Source: Diplonema japonicum (lineage: Eukaryota > Protista > Euglenozoa: Diplonemea). Taken from it: a stretch of 64,000 bases of DNA. Both the position numbers and the translations under genes were made by a program. This document shows positions 35,731-48,438 of the stretch, piece by piece. The notes under the pieces were generated by a model that was not told the DNA's origin, searched no databases, and saw only the letters and a program-made list of their open reading frames with translations. The first letter of the stretch is position 1; the number at the start of each line of letters is the position of its first letter. The DNA is taken from NCBI GenBank assembly GCA_964019335.1, contig OZ025735.1:62001-126000 (forward strand). Direction: 5' to 3'.

Positions 35731-36740
35731 GGAACTTAAGAAAACAAAAAAAAAAAAAAAACAAAAAAAGAAAAAATGCTTATTCTGGGGGGTATTCAGT
35801 GGATGTGCCTGTCTTCGAGATTTTTTTTTTCTTCCTTTTTTTTATTTTTTTATTTATTTCTTCCTTTTTTTTTTTATATCATTTCTTTGAGGGAAAAGAA
35901 AAAAAAAAATCAAAACATAAAAAAAAAAAAAAATTAAAAAAAAAAACTTAAAAAAAAAAACAAAAAAAAGCAAAAAAAAAAAAAATAAAAAACAAAAAAA
36001 AAAAGCGAGAAATCTTTATTTAAAAAAAAAAAACAAAAAAGGAAAGAGGGAAAAAAAATGAAGGGACGAAACAAAATTTCTTTTTTAATCTGTTCCCCCC
36101 CCCTTTTTTTTCTTTTTTTGTGTGATGAGATTGTTTATACCTGTGGTATTTTTTTTTTTTTCTATTATTAAAAATCTTTTTTTTTTCATTTGTTATTTAC
36201 ATCTTAAACTTTTTTTTTATATAGGTGCATGTTTGCATGCGTCTATCTGGGGGGGGGGATTTTATTTAAAGAATGTGTCAATAAAATGAAGAAGAACCAT
36301 TTTTTTTCAATTTTTAAAAAAGAAGCGAAATAGAAAAAATGAAGAAACTCCCTCCCCCCCTCCCTCCCCTGTCCGACGACTAGCCCTCAGGTATGAAAGA
36401 AACAGGAAAAAGTAAAGGTGGAAAAGAAAAAAAAAAATACTGGTGACTGAGAATTTGTGCGACCAAAAGAAGAAAAAAAAAAAAAATATTACGAGAAAAT
36501 GGAACCTTTTTTTGTAGTACCTGGTTAGCTATGAGGAGGGAACCACCAGAAGGTAAAATCGTAGCACGGCAACAACAGCTAGCACCTAGGTTCAAACCCC
36601 CCCCCCCCCCCCCCCCCACACACACTGACCTATGTCTTGAAGAGAGACGGTGTGTGGGGGAAAAAAAAACTTAAAAATTTGATTCAATAAAAGTGCTTTA
36701 GGAGGTCGCTGCTCGCTTTTAGTTGCTGTCCTTTTCACCT

Positions 36741-36774
<34 letters not shown>

Positions 36775-37623
36775 CCCTGAAGGCTAGATCTTGTTTTTTA
36801 ACGAGAACTTGGGACCCCTTTCTACAGACCCCCGTCCCTACCTCCTTTTTTTTTTTTTTTTTTTTAAACTCTCCGAAGGATAGGGGTAACGCCAGTGAAG
36901 ATGAAAGAAAAAAAAAAAAAAAGGAAAGGAAAGGGAAAACAGAAAAAAAGAAGAAGAAATAGAAGAGAAAAAAAAAAAGAGAAGGAAACAAAAAACTCTA
37001 TTTTTTATTTTTTGAATGTAAAAATGCCCGCCAATGCACCACCATTGCAGAACCTTCCAGTCCTCACTCTTTCCCCCCCACCCTTTTTTTTTTCTTTTTT
37101 TTTCTGTTCCCTTGTACAGGACTTTAGCCATCTTTTTTTTTTCCCCCCCTCCACCCTGTTGTTTTTAGATGTTCTGTAAATCCCCCTCTACTTGGCTTTT
37201 TTTCCCCCTCTTTCTTTTCTAGGCGATCCTGTCACATACTGCAGGTTCCCTTCAAAGGCATCTTTCTTTTTGGTGAGCGCGAAAACGCAAACTAAATGTC
37301 TAGTTTTTTTTTTCCCCCTCTTTTTTTTTTTCTTTTTTGAGGCAGGAAGGGCAAGGAAGCACTGGTATCCATTCTTTAAAAAAGAAAAAGAAGAAAAGAA
37401 AAAAAAAGAGTTTGGCCCCACCTACATGTGGGTTGTGGATGGGGCGACTGCGTGGTAAAATGCTAATGTTTTCTTTTTTTTGCAAGTTTTCAGGGCTAAA
37501 AAAAAAAAAAATACCCAGCCTCTTTCTTTATTTATTTTTTTTGTGCAGGGCTGAGAGTACCGGTTACTTAGGAGGGAGAAACAAAAAAGAAGAACGAAAC
37601 AGAAGAAAAACGAAGGTAATTAA

Positions 37624-38097
37624 CCCTTAGGCAGCCAAGGGGCAGGGGGGGGGGGGGGGGGGGGGGGGGTCATATTAGCCTTAAAACGTCGATATGATTC
37701 GTCACTTTTTTTTTGCAAGCTTTGCCAAAAAAAAACAGCCCCCCCAAAAAAATAGGTTTTTGTGCTTTTGGCGCTTTATTGTGGCATGTGGTTCCGGGTG
37801 GGCCTACTTTTGCCCCTAGGCACACAATTTTGAGAAAATTTCAATTTCCCCCCCCCCCCCCCCCCATACACCCCAACAAATGCTAAGAGTCGTGTATATC
37901 CCCCCCGCAAAAATGGGAGTGGGGCACAAAAATGGATGGAAGAGGGTTGATGCATATGCGTCATGCCAACACCCGATGCACGCCTCCTATCAGACTCTCC
38001 TATAACATTAGTTCTGCCGAACGACAGTTGTCCACGAACTTCGTGCGGGTGAACATAAGTTTCCCTACCTATTAACTGAATTCTGGCTGCCTAAGGG
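37624..38097. mobile_element. Non-autonomous piggyBac-type MITE (474 bp)
   Basis: Perfect 14-bp TIR CCCTTAGGCAGCCA / TGGCTGCCTAAGGG flanked by TTAA on both sides (37620-37623, 38098-38101). No transposase ORF. Confidence 0.85.
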
Positions 38098-39119
38098 TTA
38101 AAAAAAAAAATGAAAGAATATGCTCAACCTTCAAGAAAAAAAAGATAAGGGGGGGGGGGGGGGGTAAGGGAGCGAAACCCCAACAATCGACTGAAGAGGC
38201 ATCTCTGGCTTAGATACTAGGGGTAAAAAAAAAATTCACTTTTTAAAGAGAAGTTTTTAGATCTATTGGGGCGACACCCTGCCATTTAATAAGGAGGGGG
38301 GGAAAAGAGAAAGAAAGAAGGAAAAAAAAAAAAAAAAAAAGAGGGGGTAAATGTGAACATTGTTGGGCGCCATTCTACAGATTTGATTTGGCTGATGCAC
38401 AACAAGAGAAAAGAGAGAAAAAGATCAAACCAACATTGTTCCCCCCAATACAATTGTTCTTTTTTTTTTTTTTATAATATTTTTTTATTACCCCACCCTT
38501 TTTTTTTTCTCCCCCCCCCCACTTTAGCGCCCTGCTGCTGGGCATTAGGTAGCGAGAATATAAACTAGAAGGAAAGGAAAAAAAAAAATAATAACTTCCC
38601 CTCGTTTGTTGTGTTACGTAGTCTTCGGTCGAGCCACTTCTGGTAGAGTATAAAATTTTCAAACTAGGCCGGTAGGTAAGTACACCTACCTTCAAAGAAT
38701 AGTCTTGTTGTTTTTCCCCTTCTTCGTTTCATTATAGTTTCGTTGCGCTGAACCCCCCCCTTTTTTTCTTCTTCTCCTTCTTCTTCTTCTTGAGAAAGAC
38801 CGCAGGCATGACAAAGCAAAATTATGGACCCCCCCCCCCCTCCCCCCCACAAACTTCTCCGATAGACTTTTTGCGTCCAAAAAGAAAAAATTCTTTTTTT
38901 TTTCTAAATTATTTCCTCCAGTTGTTTACAGAAACTTGAAATTGTTCATATCTGTGCACAGCAAAGTTCATAGCCGAGTGGCATTGGGGGGGGATCCGTT
39001 GTACAGAGTCTATAAGGGAGGAAGAAAAAAAAAAGGTAGGGTGGAAAAAAAAAAATCATTTGATTGTCATGGTTGCGGTTTCATTTCTCTTTTTTTTTCT
39101 CTTTTTTTTTTGTCTTCTT

Positions 39120-39152
39120 TTCTTTTCTTTTCTTTTCTTTTCTTTTCTTTTC

Positions 39153-39188
<36 letters not shown>

Positions 39189-39257
39189 AAAACCATGATT
39201 AAGGAATAGTTGGTAAAAGGTGGCTTTTATTTTCACGATACTCCAAAAACACTTTCA

Positions 39258-39291
<34 letters not shown>
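39120..39291. repeat. (TTTTC)n and (TA)n microsatellites
   Basis: Directly visible at ~39120-39175 and ~39266-39291. Confidence 0.9.
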
Positions 39292-39296
<5 letters not shown>

Positions 39297-39305
39297 TAAT
39301 AAGGC

Positions 39306-39344
<39 letters not shown>

Positions 39345-39347
39345 AAA

Positions 39348-39982
39348 ATGTCTATTTATTTAAAAATTGTGGCAATAATGTCGGTGGTGGTGATTGGGTG
39401 CGAGGCAGCTGGGGAAGAAACAGTATGGCACGCGAGAAAAAAAAAGAAAAAAAAAAATCACAGTTTTCATGGACATGGAACCTTAACGGGTGCGGGAACG
39501 ATGCTGCAGACGACCACCCTTCCGAAGCAAATGCTTGCCTGACACAATTCAACAGGGCGACGAACGGGACGAATGTGTTCATGCAATGCGACATGGACTA
39601 CTGCACCTGCGCAAGCAAGGACACCCCCTCTGCGTGGGACGCTTCCAACGGCGTCTGCACTCTTGACGCCAACCACTGTGGTGTAGACTGCGGGTGCCTG
39701 GAAAGGTGCTACAAACCTTTCATGAACTGCACCTGGACCACCCTCGTTTCACATCTTCAAGCCGACGAGTGCAAGACCTCTGGCCTCCTCGACTGCATCC
39801 TTGGAACTCACGAAGAATTCGTAGAGGAGTGCAAGCGGGGGGTGCGCGATGGGCGTATTTCTTGGTCAGAAACCCCTACCCCGAAGGACTGCAATGAAAA
39901 CGCAATCTGTGCAGGAAACTCGCTTTCCCCACTTGGATTCATGGCTGTTATCATTACCGTCATTTTGGTGATATTTGGGTAG
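39348..39982 (+). CDS. Cysteine-rich secreted surface protein, likely GPI-anchored; join 39348-39422, 39464-39982
   Basis: Signal-peptide exon joined through a 41-nt intron to a Cys-rich domain. Ends with GNS + hydrophobic tail with no cytosolic residues. Confidence 0.8.
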
Positions 39983-39986
39983 ATGG

Positions 39987-40018
<32 letters not shown>

Positions 40019-40206
40019 ATTGCCTGCCAACCCAAAATCCGATGGGGCTGACAGTGTAAAAAATTCTGATCAGACGGAGGGGGAGAGCAAAAAATAAAGG
40101 GGGGGGGGAGAGGAGAGAAGTATTATGGGGCTGAATAGTTTCGCGCAGTTTTCTTTTTTTTTTTTTTGTTTCCAGGGGGTGGGGAAAACCCCCAGGAAAA
40201 TAAAGT

Positions 40207-40249
<43 letters not shown>

Positions 40250-40673
40250 GGTCGAATGGTCATAAGAAAAACGCGTAGTTTTTTTATTCTTCATATTCTT
40301 CTTCCCCCCCGCTCCCCCCTTTTTTTCTTTTTCCTTTCTTCTATTCTTTTTTTTGCATACTTCTTGATGCTCCCGTGGTTGGCCCCTTTTTTTTTACTCT
40401 TTCATTTCTTTTTTTTTCCCCCCTCCTCCCTTTCTTTTCTCATCTCACTGGTGTGTGCTCATAAGAAAAAAAAAAAAGAGCTAACCTACGTGTGTGGTAT
40501 CAACAGGGCAAAAAGGGGCAGGATAAAGAAAGGGGCGGGGGGGGAAAAAAAAATTGGAAAAAAAAAACTTTCCCCGCCCTCTTAACATGTACATAGCAGG
40601 GTCCCGAAGGCCTTACTTTATTTGGAAGAAGGGAAACAAAGGGAGGAGCAGCGAAAGGGATAGGGGTTTTGCC

Positions 40674-40708
<35 letters not shown>

Positions 40709-40987
40709 CCCTTAGGTGAGTAGTGTGTTAGCACTTCTCCCCTCTCATCATTTGTGGTTTCTTTTTCTCCTTCTTTTGTTTGCAAAATTAAATCTTTGAC
40801 TTGTTTTGACAAAAAGAAAGGGGAACGTTGGATATATGTTACGGGTTATAAGCTTTCCCCAGGTTTTATACCCCGGCACTTACAAACAACGACCGGTTCC
40901 TTTTTTTTTTTTTTTTTTTCTTTTTTCTTTTTTTCTTCTTCTTCTTTTCTTCCTTTTATCTTTTCGACTGTTTTGGTCCCCCCGCGC

Positions 40988-41020
<33 letters not shown>

Positions 41021-41852
41021 CTGTTTCCTTCCTCTCCTTTTTAAAAAAGGGGGTACCAAAAGAGAAAAGAAAAGGTTTTTAAAAAAAAAAAAGTTGAGAA
41101 TGAGAAATAAAAAGAACTGGATTCTGACATGGTCACCATTAGAGAAACACGTGAGAGGGGGGCAAAAAAAAATATAGAAAAAATAGAGGGTATAAAAAAA
41201 ATCGAAATCCGTAACCCCATCCCCCCCTTTTTTTGTTCTACCCTTCTCTCAGGAAAAAGAAAAAAAAAACAACCCATCAGACAATAAAGGGAGGGAATTG
41301 AAGATGAAGGTATAAAAAAAAGAGAAAAAAAAGTTCCCCTTTCCGGACCCCCTGGTCCCCCTCCAGTTCTAACCACTTTATTCTTCGCTCCTCCGCCTCC
41401 CCTTTTTTTTTCTATTCTTTTTTTTTTTTGACCCCCTGCATTACCCATGCATGACGGGAAGGGATCATGAGAAGACAAAGGAGAGGAGGGTAAAAAAGAA
41501 AAAAAAAGAAGGAATAAAAAAAAATTTTAAAAAAAGGAACAACGCAAAAGAGATGAATGAATACTTCCTCTTTTTTTCTCTTTTTTCTCTTTTTTCTTTC
41601 TTCTTTTTTTTTTAAAATACTTTCTCTCGCTTCCCCCATCCCCCCCCCCCCCCCCCCCCCCCATTCACTTCTTCCATGTCAAGGAAAAAAAAAAAAAAAA
41701 ACAGGGAGGAAAAAAACCGGAGAGCGTTTCCGTGTTTTACCTTTCCCTTTTTTTTTCTCTTTCGTTTTCATTTTTTTTTTTCTTCTCATTCTTAGGGGGG
41801 AAAAAAAAAGGAGGGGAAGGGGGAAAAAAAAAAAAAAAAAAAAAAAAATCAC

Positions 41853-43475
41853 ATGGACTTACCAAACACACCGACATGGGCACAGTGCATAATAGGAATC
41901 GGTGTTTTCTCCGTCCTTTGGGAACGATGGTGCCAGCTGAAAGCGGTAGAAGCCGAGAGAAAGTCTACAGAACCCAAGGGCGCGACACCCAACCCGTTCA
42001 TGAGCCTCAGGGCCGTTAACTACTACAGGTGGAGGTACATCTGGCCGGGCATCTTCCTCATCCCTCTGCGACTGGTCGGGACGATATCTCTACTGATCGC
42101 AGCCAGCATGGCAGGTTACATCGCATGCCTAGGACACGACAAAAACAAACCAATGAAAGGCGTGAGAAAATTTTTAATGTCGACATGCTCAACAGTTGCG
42201 GCAAGGGGTATCCTAGCGTGCCTTGGTTTCTACAATATCAAGGTCAAGGGCAAGGCTCACCCAAACGCGCATGTTATAGTGGGAAACCATCGAGGGCCAT
42301 TCGAGGGTATATACCTTGTTGCAGCACACAACTGCTGTTTAGTGTCCGCCGCCGAAAATAGGTTCCCTATTGTCAAGCACGCCATGGACGGGCTACAGTT
42401 TATCTTCGTCCACCGTAAAGGAAAAGGAAGAGGAGAGGTAATAGAAACCATCAAAAAACGCGCCACGGAACCAGGCTGGCCGGCTGTGGCAATGTTCCCA
42501 GAGGGTACCACTACCAACGGAAAAGCGCTAATCAAATTCAAAAAAGGTGCGTTTTTAGCAGGCGTACCTGTTCAGCCTGTTGCGTTTGAGTTTCCAAACT
42601 CTGAAGTCGACATTGACCCCTCATGGGTGTTTGGTGTGCACGGGCCTTCTAGCGGGCTTGCTACCGTTGTGTTGCGGCTGATGTCGTCATGGTCGAATCC
42701 TATGACGGTGTCGTACTTACCGTTGGCGGTCCCGTCGGAGGCTGAGATAAAGGACCCCATGATGTTTGCAGAGAGGGTCAGAAGGGACATTGCAAAAACC
42801 TTGAAAATCCCATGCACCGAACACGCACAGGAAGACGTCATCCTCGCTGCCTCCGCCATGAAACAAAACCTCAGCCCCTCCGATGCTGTCGTTGAATTCG
42901 GCAAATTAAACCGTTTGTTTAATTTAACACTTCCAGACGCAAAGGATTATCTTGAAAAATTCAAAAATCTCGACACAAATGGTGATGGTGAACTCGATGT
43001 GAGGGAGGCTGCGAGGATATTCGGGCTGCCCGAAGATGGTGAGATCCTTAAAGGGCTTTTTTCCGTTCTTAATGAACGGCAGACGGATACCATCAATTTT
43101 AAGGAGTTTGTCATGGGTATGGCAAAGGTGTCAAATTCTCTTTCGTTTGATGAAAAATGTAGTCTTTGCTTTGAGACTTTCGACCTGAGCCATGACGGGG
43201 TCATATCAAGGGAGGAGCTTGGTTGCATGCTCCGGCTTGGGTTTTCTGAGACCACTGAGGAGCAGATCAATTCGTTGTTTGACCGCATCGCCAGCTCCGG
43301 TCCCATTACCTTTACCGTGCTGCGAGAGTTCTTGAGGGAGAACACTTCGTACCTTTACTTGTTTGACTTGTTGCGTGTCGAGGCGGAGGAATCGGGCGGC
43401 GGTCTCGTGCCGGCTGAAAGAAAAACTTCTTTTGTGAGGCACAAAGAAGCACTCTTAAAGGCAGAGGAGGAATAA
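41853..43475 (+). CDS. Lysophosphatidylcholine acyltransferase (LPCAT1/2-like) with C-terminal EF hands
   Basis: NHxxxxE, FPEGTTTNG, FKKGAF, PVQPV motifs. EF loops DTNGDGELD and DLSHDGVIS. Confidence 0.92.
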   Translation: MDLPNTPTWAQCIIGIGVFSVLWERWCQLKAVEAERKSTEPKGATPNPFMSLRAVNYYRWRYIWPGIFLIPLRLVGTISLLIAASMAGYIACLGHDKNKPMKGVRKFLMSTCSTVAARGILACLGFYNIKVKGKAHPNAHVIVGNHRGPFEGIYLVAAHNCCLVSAAENRFPIVKHAMDGLQFIFVHRKGKGRGEVIETIKKRATEPGWPAVAMFPEGTTTNGKALIKFKKGAFLAGVPVQPVAFEFPNSEVDIDPSWVFGVHGPSSGLATVVLRLMSSWSNPMTVSYLPLAVPSEAEIKDPMMFAERVRRDIAKTLKIPCTEHAQEDVILAASAMKQNLSPSDAVVEFGKLNRLFNLTLPDAKDYLEKFKNLDTNGDGELDVREAARIFGLPEDGEILKGLFSVLNERQTDTINFKEFVMGMAKVSNSLSFDEKCSLCFETFDLSHDGVISREELGCMLRLGFSETTEEQINSLFDRIASSGPITFTVLREFLRENTSYLYLFDLLRVEAEESGGGLVPAERKTSFVRHKEALLKAEEE

Positions 43476-44099
43476 AAATGGGGGAAAAAATTTTTTTTTT
43501 GTACAATATTTTTTTTTATAAGGGGGTGGGTCCTCAAGTGGGACTTGCCCTTATGCCTCGTTTTTTTTTTTTTTTTTTTTTTTTTTTGGCGAAAAAAAAA
43601 AGTTGTCGCTCTCCCGAACCCTAAACCGTTTAAAAAAAAGAGAAGGGGGGGTAAAGAAACATACATTTTAAAAACCTGGTACTTGTCTTATTTATCGGTG
43701 GGGGGGACAATCCCTTTACTTTTTTTTTCTTATTCTTAGCCTAACCCTTCACATGTGCCAATCTTTGTGGGGAGAAAAAGAAAAAAAAATAGTGTTATTT
43801 TTCACTCTTCAACCCGAACAACCGGGCAGTACCCCCCCCCTTTTTTTCCCTTATTCTTAGCCTTATCTGTGAGACCAAAAGAAAAAAAAAAACACCCTTT
43901 TGATACCACATGCGATGCAGGACACACGTCTCTACTGTTTCTTTCATAAAAACGTTTAAAAAAGAAAGGTTTTAAAAAAAAATTCTTTTTCATTCTTACA
44001 TCTGATCCCATAATTTCATTGAAGGAGGGAGGCGTGGGGAGAGGGGAGGAGGGGGACAATAAATTTAAAAAAAAAAAAAAAAGAGAGACTAACTAAACT

Positions 44100-45467
44100 A
44101 TGTCGCTCCCCTCATGCCCCCCGCCCTCGGACGCATCTCTAGGGTCGATCCAAGCCATCCTCGATGATGCAAGTAGGGGTTCAGCCCACAGCAGCTTTCA
44201 TCCGATAAGCGAGCACAGTATTGAAGATCTCGCTGCCACGACAGCAACGTCAAGACGAAGAACAAGGCAACCACAAGGCAGCAGAGGGGGTTTCCGCCTG
44301 AAAGGGTTCCACGCGATAGTGATAGGAATCTTAATGGTGTCGGTCCTGGGTGCCATGATGGTGGGTGTTGTCTCTCTGATAACCAGCCAATCAGGCCGTG
44401 TGAATGAAGAAAGGGAGAGAATCATCGAGGATCTCAAAGGACGCGCAAAACAATTATCACAAGAAAAAACCGATTTGCAATTTGTCGTTGACAGCTGCCA
44501 CGGGGAGACAGGCGACTTACGTAGCTCACTAGACTCTGCTGTTGAGGAACAAGAGAAGCTTAAAGATGCCGTGCACAGCGCGGAATTCGAAGCCTGGTCA
44601 ACCGACGATGTTATGCTTGCTGCGCTTGCCGTTGCTATCCTTGTGAGCATCCTTTGCTGGGTGTTCAAACCGTTTCCAAAACTACCTTCTCGACTGTCTG
44701 CCGGTGACGTGTGCGAGGTGTACCTTAAAAAAACTGATTCCTGGCACCCTGCCAAAGTTCTGTCAACCTCCACAAAGGACATCGTCGTCCAGCTAACAGA
44801 CGACATCAGCACCATCCACACAACCGTTGAATGGTACATCCGCAAGGTTGTCACCACTATAAAACATGTTGAAATCGGGTCCCTTCCTTACGAAAAACCA
44901 GCTACACCAAAACCGTGTGAAGAATGCCCCGCGCTTCTGTCGGACAACATGCGGTTGCAAGAGATTGCTGCGAGACATTCTTCTGAAATGACGCGGAAGG
45001 AGAGCGAGACCCGCATCCTGACCGCGGAACTCGAAGCAACCAAACAGATAGTCGACCTCGGGTCCAGCGATAAAGAGAAAGTTGTAATGTATGAAAAGGA
45101 GATCAGAGAACTTCGTGTTGCTGAGAAGATGGCGTCGTCCTCTTACAAAACAACCCTTGATGCTCTAGAGGACGTTCGCAGGCAGTATGACAAATTGGTC
45201 AACAAACGAGAAGACGATTCCATGTTGAGGACAGAGGAGATTGTTTCCCTGGCTACTCGGGAGCTCGATGGAAAGCTTGCCCGTGAGTCGCGGCGTCGCA
45301 AAGACTCAGAAGCCCACTCCGCGCATCTTCAGTGTCTGCTCCAGTCCTCTTCGGAGCAGATATCTGACCTGCAAACCAGTTTGAAACACTCTGAAGCTAC
45401 CTCCGCGGTCGCGTCTGCAAAATTTCTCTCCGCGCTTTCCCCCAAGAATCCGTCAAGACGGCTTTAG
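44100..45467 (+). CDS. Hypothetical membrane protein (2 TM, coiled coils, Tudor/Agenet-like domain)
   Basis: 455-aa ORF. LSAGDVCEVY..TDSWHPAKV resembles Tudor-like folds. Confidence 0.75.
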   Translation: MSLPSCPPPSDASLGSIQAILDDASRGSAHSSFHPISEHSIEDLAATTATSRRRTRQPQGSRGGFRLKGFHAIVIGILMVSVLGAMMVGVVSLITSQSGRVNEERERIIEDLKGRAKQLSQEKTDLQFVVDSCHGETGDLRSSLDSAVEEQEKLKDAVHSAEFEAWSTDDVMLAALAVAILVSILCWVFKPFPKLPSRLSAGDVCEVYLKKTDSWHPAKVLSTSTKDIVVQLTDDISTIHTTVEWYIRKVVTTIKHVEIGSLPYEKPATPKPCEECPALLSDNMRLQEIAARHSSEMTRKESETRILTAELEATKQIVDLGSSDKEKVVMYEKEIRELRVAEKMASSSYKTTLDALEDVRRQYDKLVNKREDDSMLRTEEIVSLATRELDGKLARESRRRKDSEAHSAHLQCLLQSSSEQISDLQTSLKHSEATSAVASAKFLSALSPKNPSRRL

Positions 45468-45699
45468 ATTTTTTACCCCCCCCCCCTTTCTTTTTTTAAT
45501 GTACAGCTCTAGCAAAAAAGAATAATGACGTGGTATGGTTTTATGTTTTGAGTGTTTTTGTTTTTCTTGTTTTTCTTCTTCCCTCGTTTCTTTTTTTTTT
45601 TTGTTTTGTTTTTGTCTGCTTTTTTTTGTTAGAAAAGATTGGAAGCGGAAGAAAGGGGGAGGGGAAAAAAAAGGAAAAAAAAAGGAGATAAAGAAGAGT

Positions 45700-47574
45700 A
45701 TGGACACGATGAGTGCCAACTGGATGAACCCTGTGCAGCCTGCAATGCAGCCGGGGATGGGCGCCCCGGTGCAGTACGGTGGAGTGGCGCCCCAGCAGCA
45801 GGTGCAGCCGGGCCAGCAGCAGATGCAGCCAATGCAGCAGCAGATGCAACCAGCCCAACAGCAGATGCAGCCAGCCCAGCAGATGCAGCCAATGCAGCAA
45901 CAGATGCAACCTACCCAGCAGCAGATGCAACCAGCCCAGCAGCAGATGCCACCAGCCCAGCAGGTTCCTCCTCAGGGTCTGCAGCAGCAGCAGCAGCCAC
46001 CGTCGAGCGGAATGAGTTTTGACTTTGATGACCTGTTCGGAGTGCCGTCCGGGCAACCCGCACCCACACCTACACCTACACCTACACCTACACCAGGGAT
46101 GCCGGCCATGCAGCAGCAAATGCCACTGCAACCAGACATGTATCCAACTCAAGCTCCTACTCCTACACCTACTCCTTTTCCTGTTCCTGTTCCTGTTCCT
46201 GTTCCTGCCCCCGTACCTGCCGCGGCGCCGTTTGACGCGTCCACACAGCAGTTCCAAATGCCTGTGCAGATGCCTTCCGCTGATGCCCCTGCCCCTGTCC
46301 CTGCCCCCGTCCCCCAGGCTGCCCATCCTAACCCTGCCTTCAACGCTGCGTCCCCTTACCCCGCCCCCACCCCCGCCTACGCCCCAGCCATGCCCAACAT
46401 GGAAATGGGAGCGAGCCCTGCACAGCAGCAGCCCCCCAGTGCGGCCATGAACTACTCTGACCCCATGGCCATGCAGATGATGCAGATGCAGATGCAGCCG
46501 CACGATGACGGGCTGAGCGAGATGGAGCGCAAGACAAAGAGCTCCGTGATGAAGATACAAGAGTTGAAGGACTCCATCGCAGCGCTGAAGCAGCAGAACG
46601 ACCATGCGGCGATGGTATGGAGAGCAAAGAAAACAAAACAACACCCACAGGAACGAGAGTCAAGGACGGCACCAGCAGGGTACGGCCAGCAGGTGGGGGT
46701 GGGGGGGTACCCGCAACCCCAGGTAACACATGCTGTACCTGCACCATCGCCGGTCGCCTTCACAGGGAACGCAAGCGACCTGAAGGAAATGTTCAAGAGG
46801 CAGTTCCAGGGTGCGGACGATGCTGTTGTGAATGACTTGGCGGAGAACGTGATCCAAGGGCACATGTCGCAGGACCAGGCGGTCGAGATGCTACGCGAAA
46901 TGGGGCAGAGCGCAGTGACTGTAAGGGCCGATAGGGAGAGGAAGGACGAGGCGTACGCAAGGGAACTGCAGCGCATGGAGGACTCGATGCCTGCCACACG
47001 AGCACCAACCACGACAACCTACCAAGGGGTGGGCGGCACAGTCAGCAGGGTTGAGCAAGAACAGAGGGACATGGCTCTCGCACAGCAAATGCAGCAAGAA
47101 GAACAAACCAAGTCAACCACAGGCCCAAGCCGTGGTGGCTCAGAATGGGGTGACCAGTCCCTCTATGACCCGAAGGGAGAGTTCAAAATAGCCTCGCTTA
47201 GCATTCCTACTTACGAAATCCGTGATAATGTGACATTTTACATCGTGGAGGTGACCACCATCGACGGGCAGAAGTGGAGCCTTCCAAGGAGATACAGCAT
47301 GTTCTCTGCACTGAACGATAGTATCACTCCTCCAGGACACGCCTCGCCTCTATTCCCACCTAAGGTGTGGGTGAAGATGAGTGCAGCCCAAAGTGAACAA
47401 AGGCGCACCCAGCTCGGGATTTGGCTGAATGATGTCTTGATGAAGGTGTGTTAGGAGGGACGCAAAAAAAAAAAAAAAAAAAAAAAAATGGAAAAAAAAT
47501 AGGCCAAGACCCAGAACCGCTTTGACAGAATCCTGTACAACTTTTTAGAGGCAAACATTAGGATGCACAAGTGA
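45700..47574 (+). CDS. Gln/Pro-rich protein with ubiquitin-binding-like motifs and C-terminal PX domain; join 45700-46614, 46651-47445, 47503-47574
   Basis: QQQMQPA and PT/VP repeats. DEAYARELQ and DMALAQQMQ (MIU/UIM-like). PX motifs RRYSMFSAL, FPPK, RRTQLGIWL. Two GT-AG introns. Confidence 0.85.
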
Positions 47575-48438
47575 TCGGTTAGATAAAAAAAAAAAAATCC
47601 TTTTTTTTTTTATAATATTTTTTTTTTAAAAAAAAGGGAGGGGGAGGGAAGGAAATCTTTATTTTTATAATAAAAAAACAAGAGTAACAAAATGAAAAAA
47701 AAGAAGGTTTGTTTTAATGGGGTGGCTTAAGATACATTTTCCTTTTTCTTTTTTTTTTCTTTTTTTCGCTTCTTCCTTCCTTCTTTTTTACTTTGTGAAA
47801 GGGATGTGTGTGCTATACATTTTTTTTTCCCCCGCCCCAAACACCCTCTTCTGCGTCATCCCCCTACCTTTGGCTAACTTTTTTTCCTTCCGGTTTTTTT
47901 TTTTCCCCCTTTTTTTCTCTCTCTCTCTCTCTTTTAAAAACTTCTCTTAACTTTTTTTTTTTTTTTTTTTCTTTTTTTTTTTCTTGCTTCTTAGTAGCCT
48001 TGTTCCGCATTTATTTCCCCCCTTTTTCTTTTCTCAATCCAGAGTCCATGCCTTTCCCCCCCCCTTTTTTTTCTTTTCTTTAACCCCCTTGTCTATTCTA
48101 AAAAGTATAGAATCAGGGAGGGTCTTTTTATGTGTGTGTTTTTTTTCTTCCCCTTCTTCTTTTCTTCTTTCTTCTTCCCCCCTTATTAAAGGGTGAATGG
48201 GAAGGGGAGCGAAAAAAAAAAAGAAGGGACAAAAAAAAACCCCCCTCCCCATAAACAAAAAAAAAGAGAGAAAAAAAATACCCCCCCTTTTTTTTCTTCC
48301 CTGTTTCAAAAAAAAAAAACTGTTTCCCCTCCCAATTTTTTTTTCTTTTTTTTTTTACTAACCTTTTTTTTTCTTTCTTATTCTTCCCCTTTCATTTTCA
48401 CAAAAAAAATATAAATCACAAAACAAAAGGGGGGTAAG

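Noticed and set aside
35731-41850. Numerous short Phe/Lys/Pro/Gly-rich ORFs
   Set aside because: Products of poly-T/A/C/G intergenic tracts. Only 39348-39982 is supported.
6708-47574. Alternative genetic code or non-canonical introns to explain broken ORFs
   Set aside because: Every break in recognisable genes is resolved by a GT-AG intron under the standard code.
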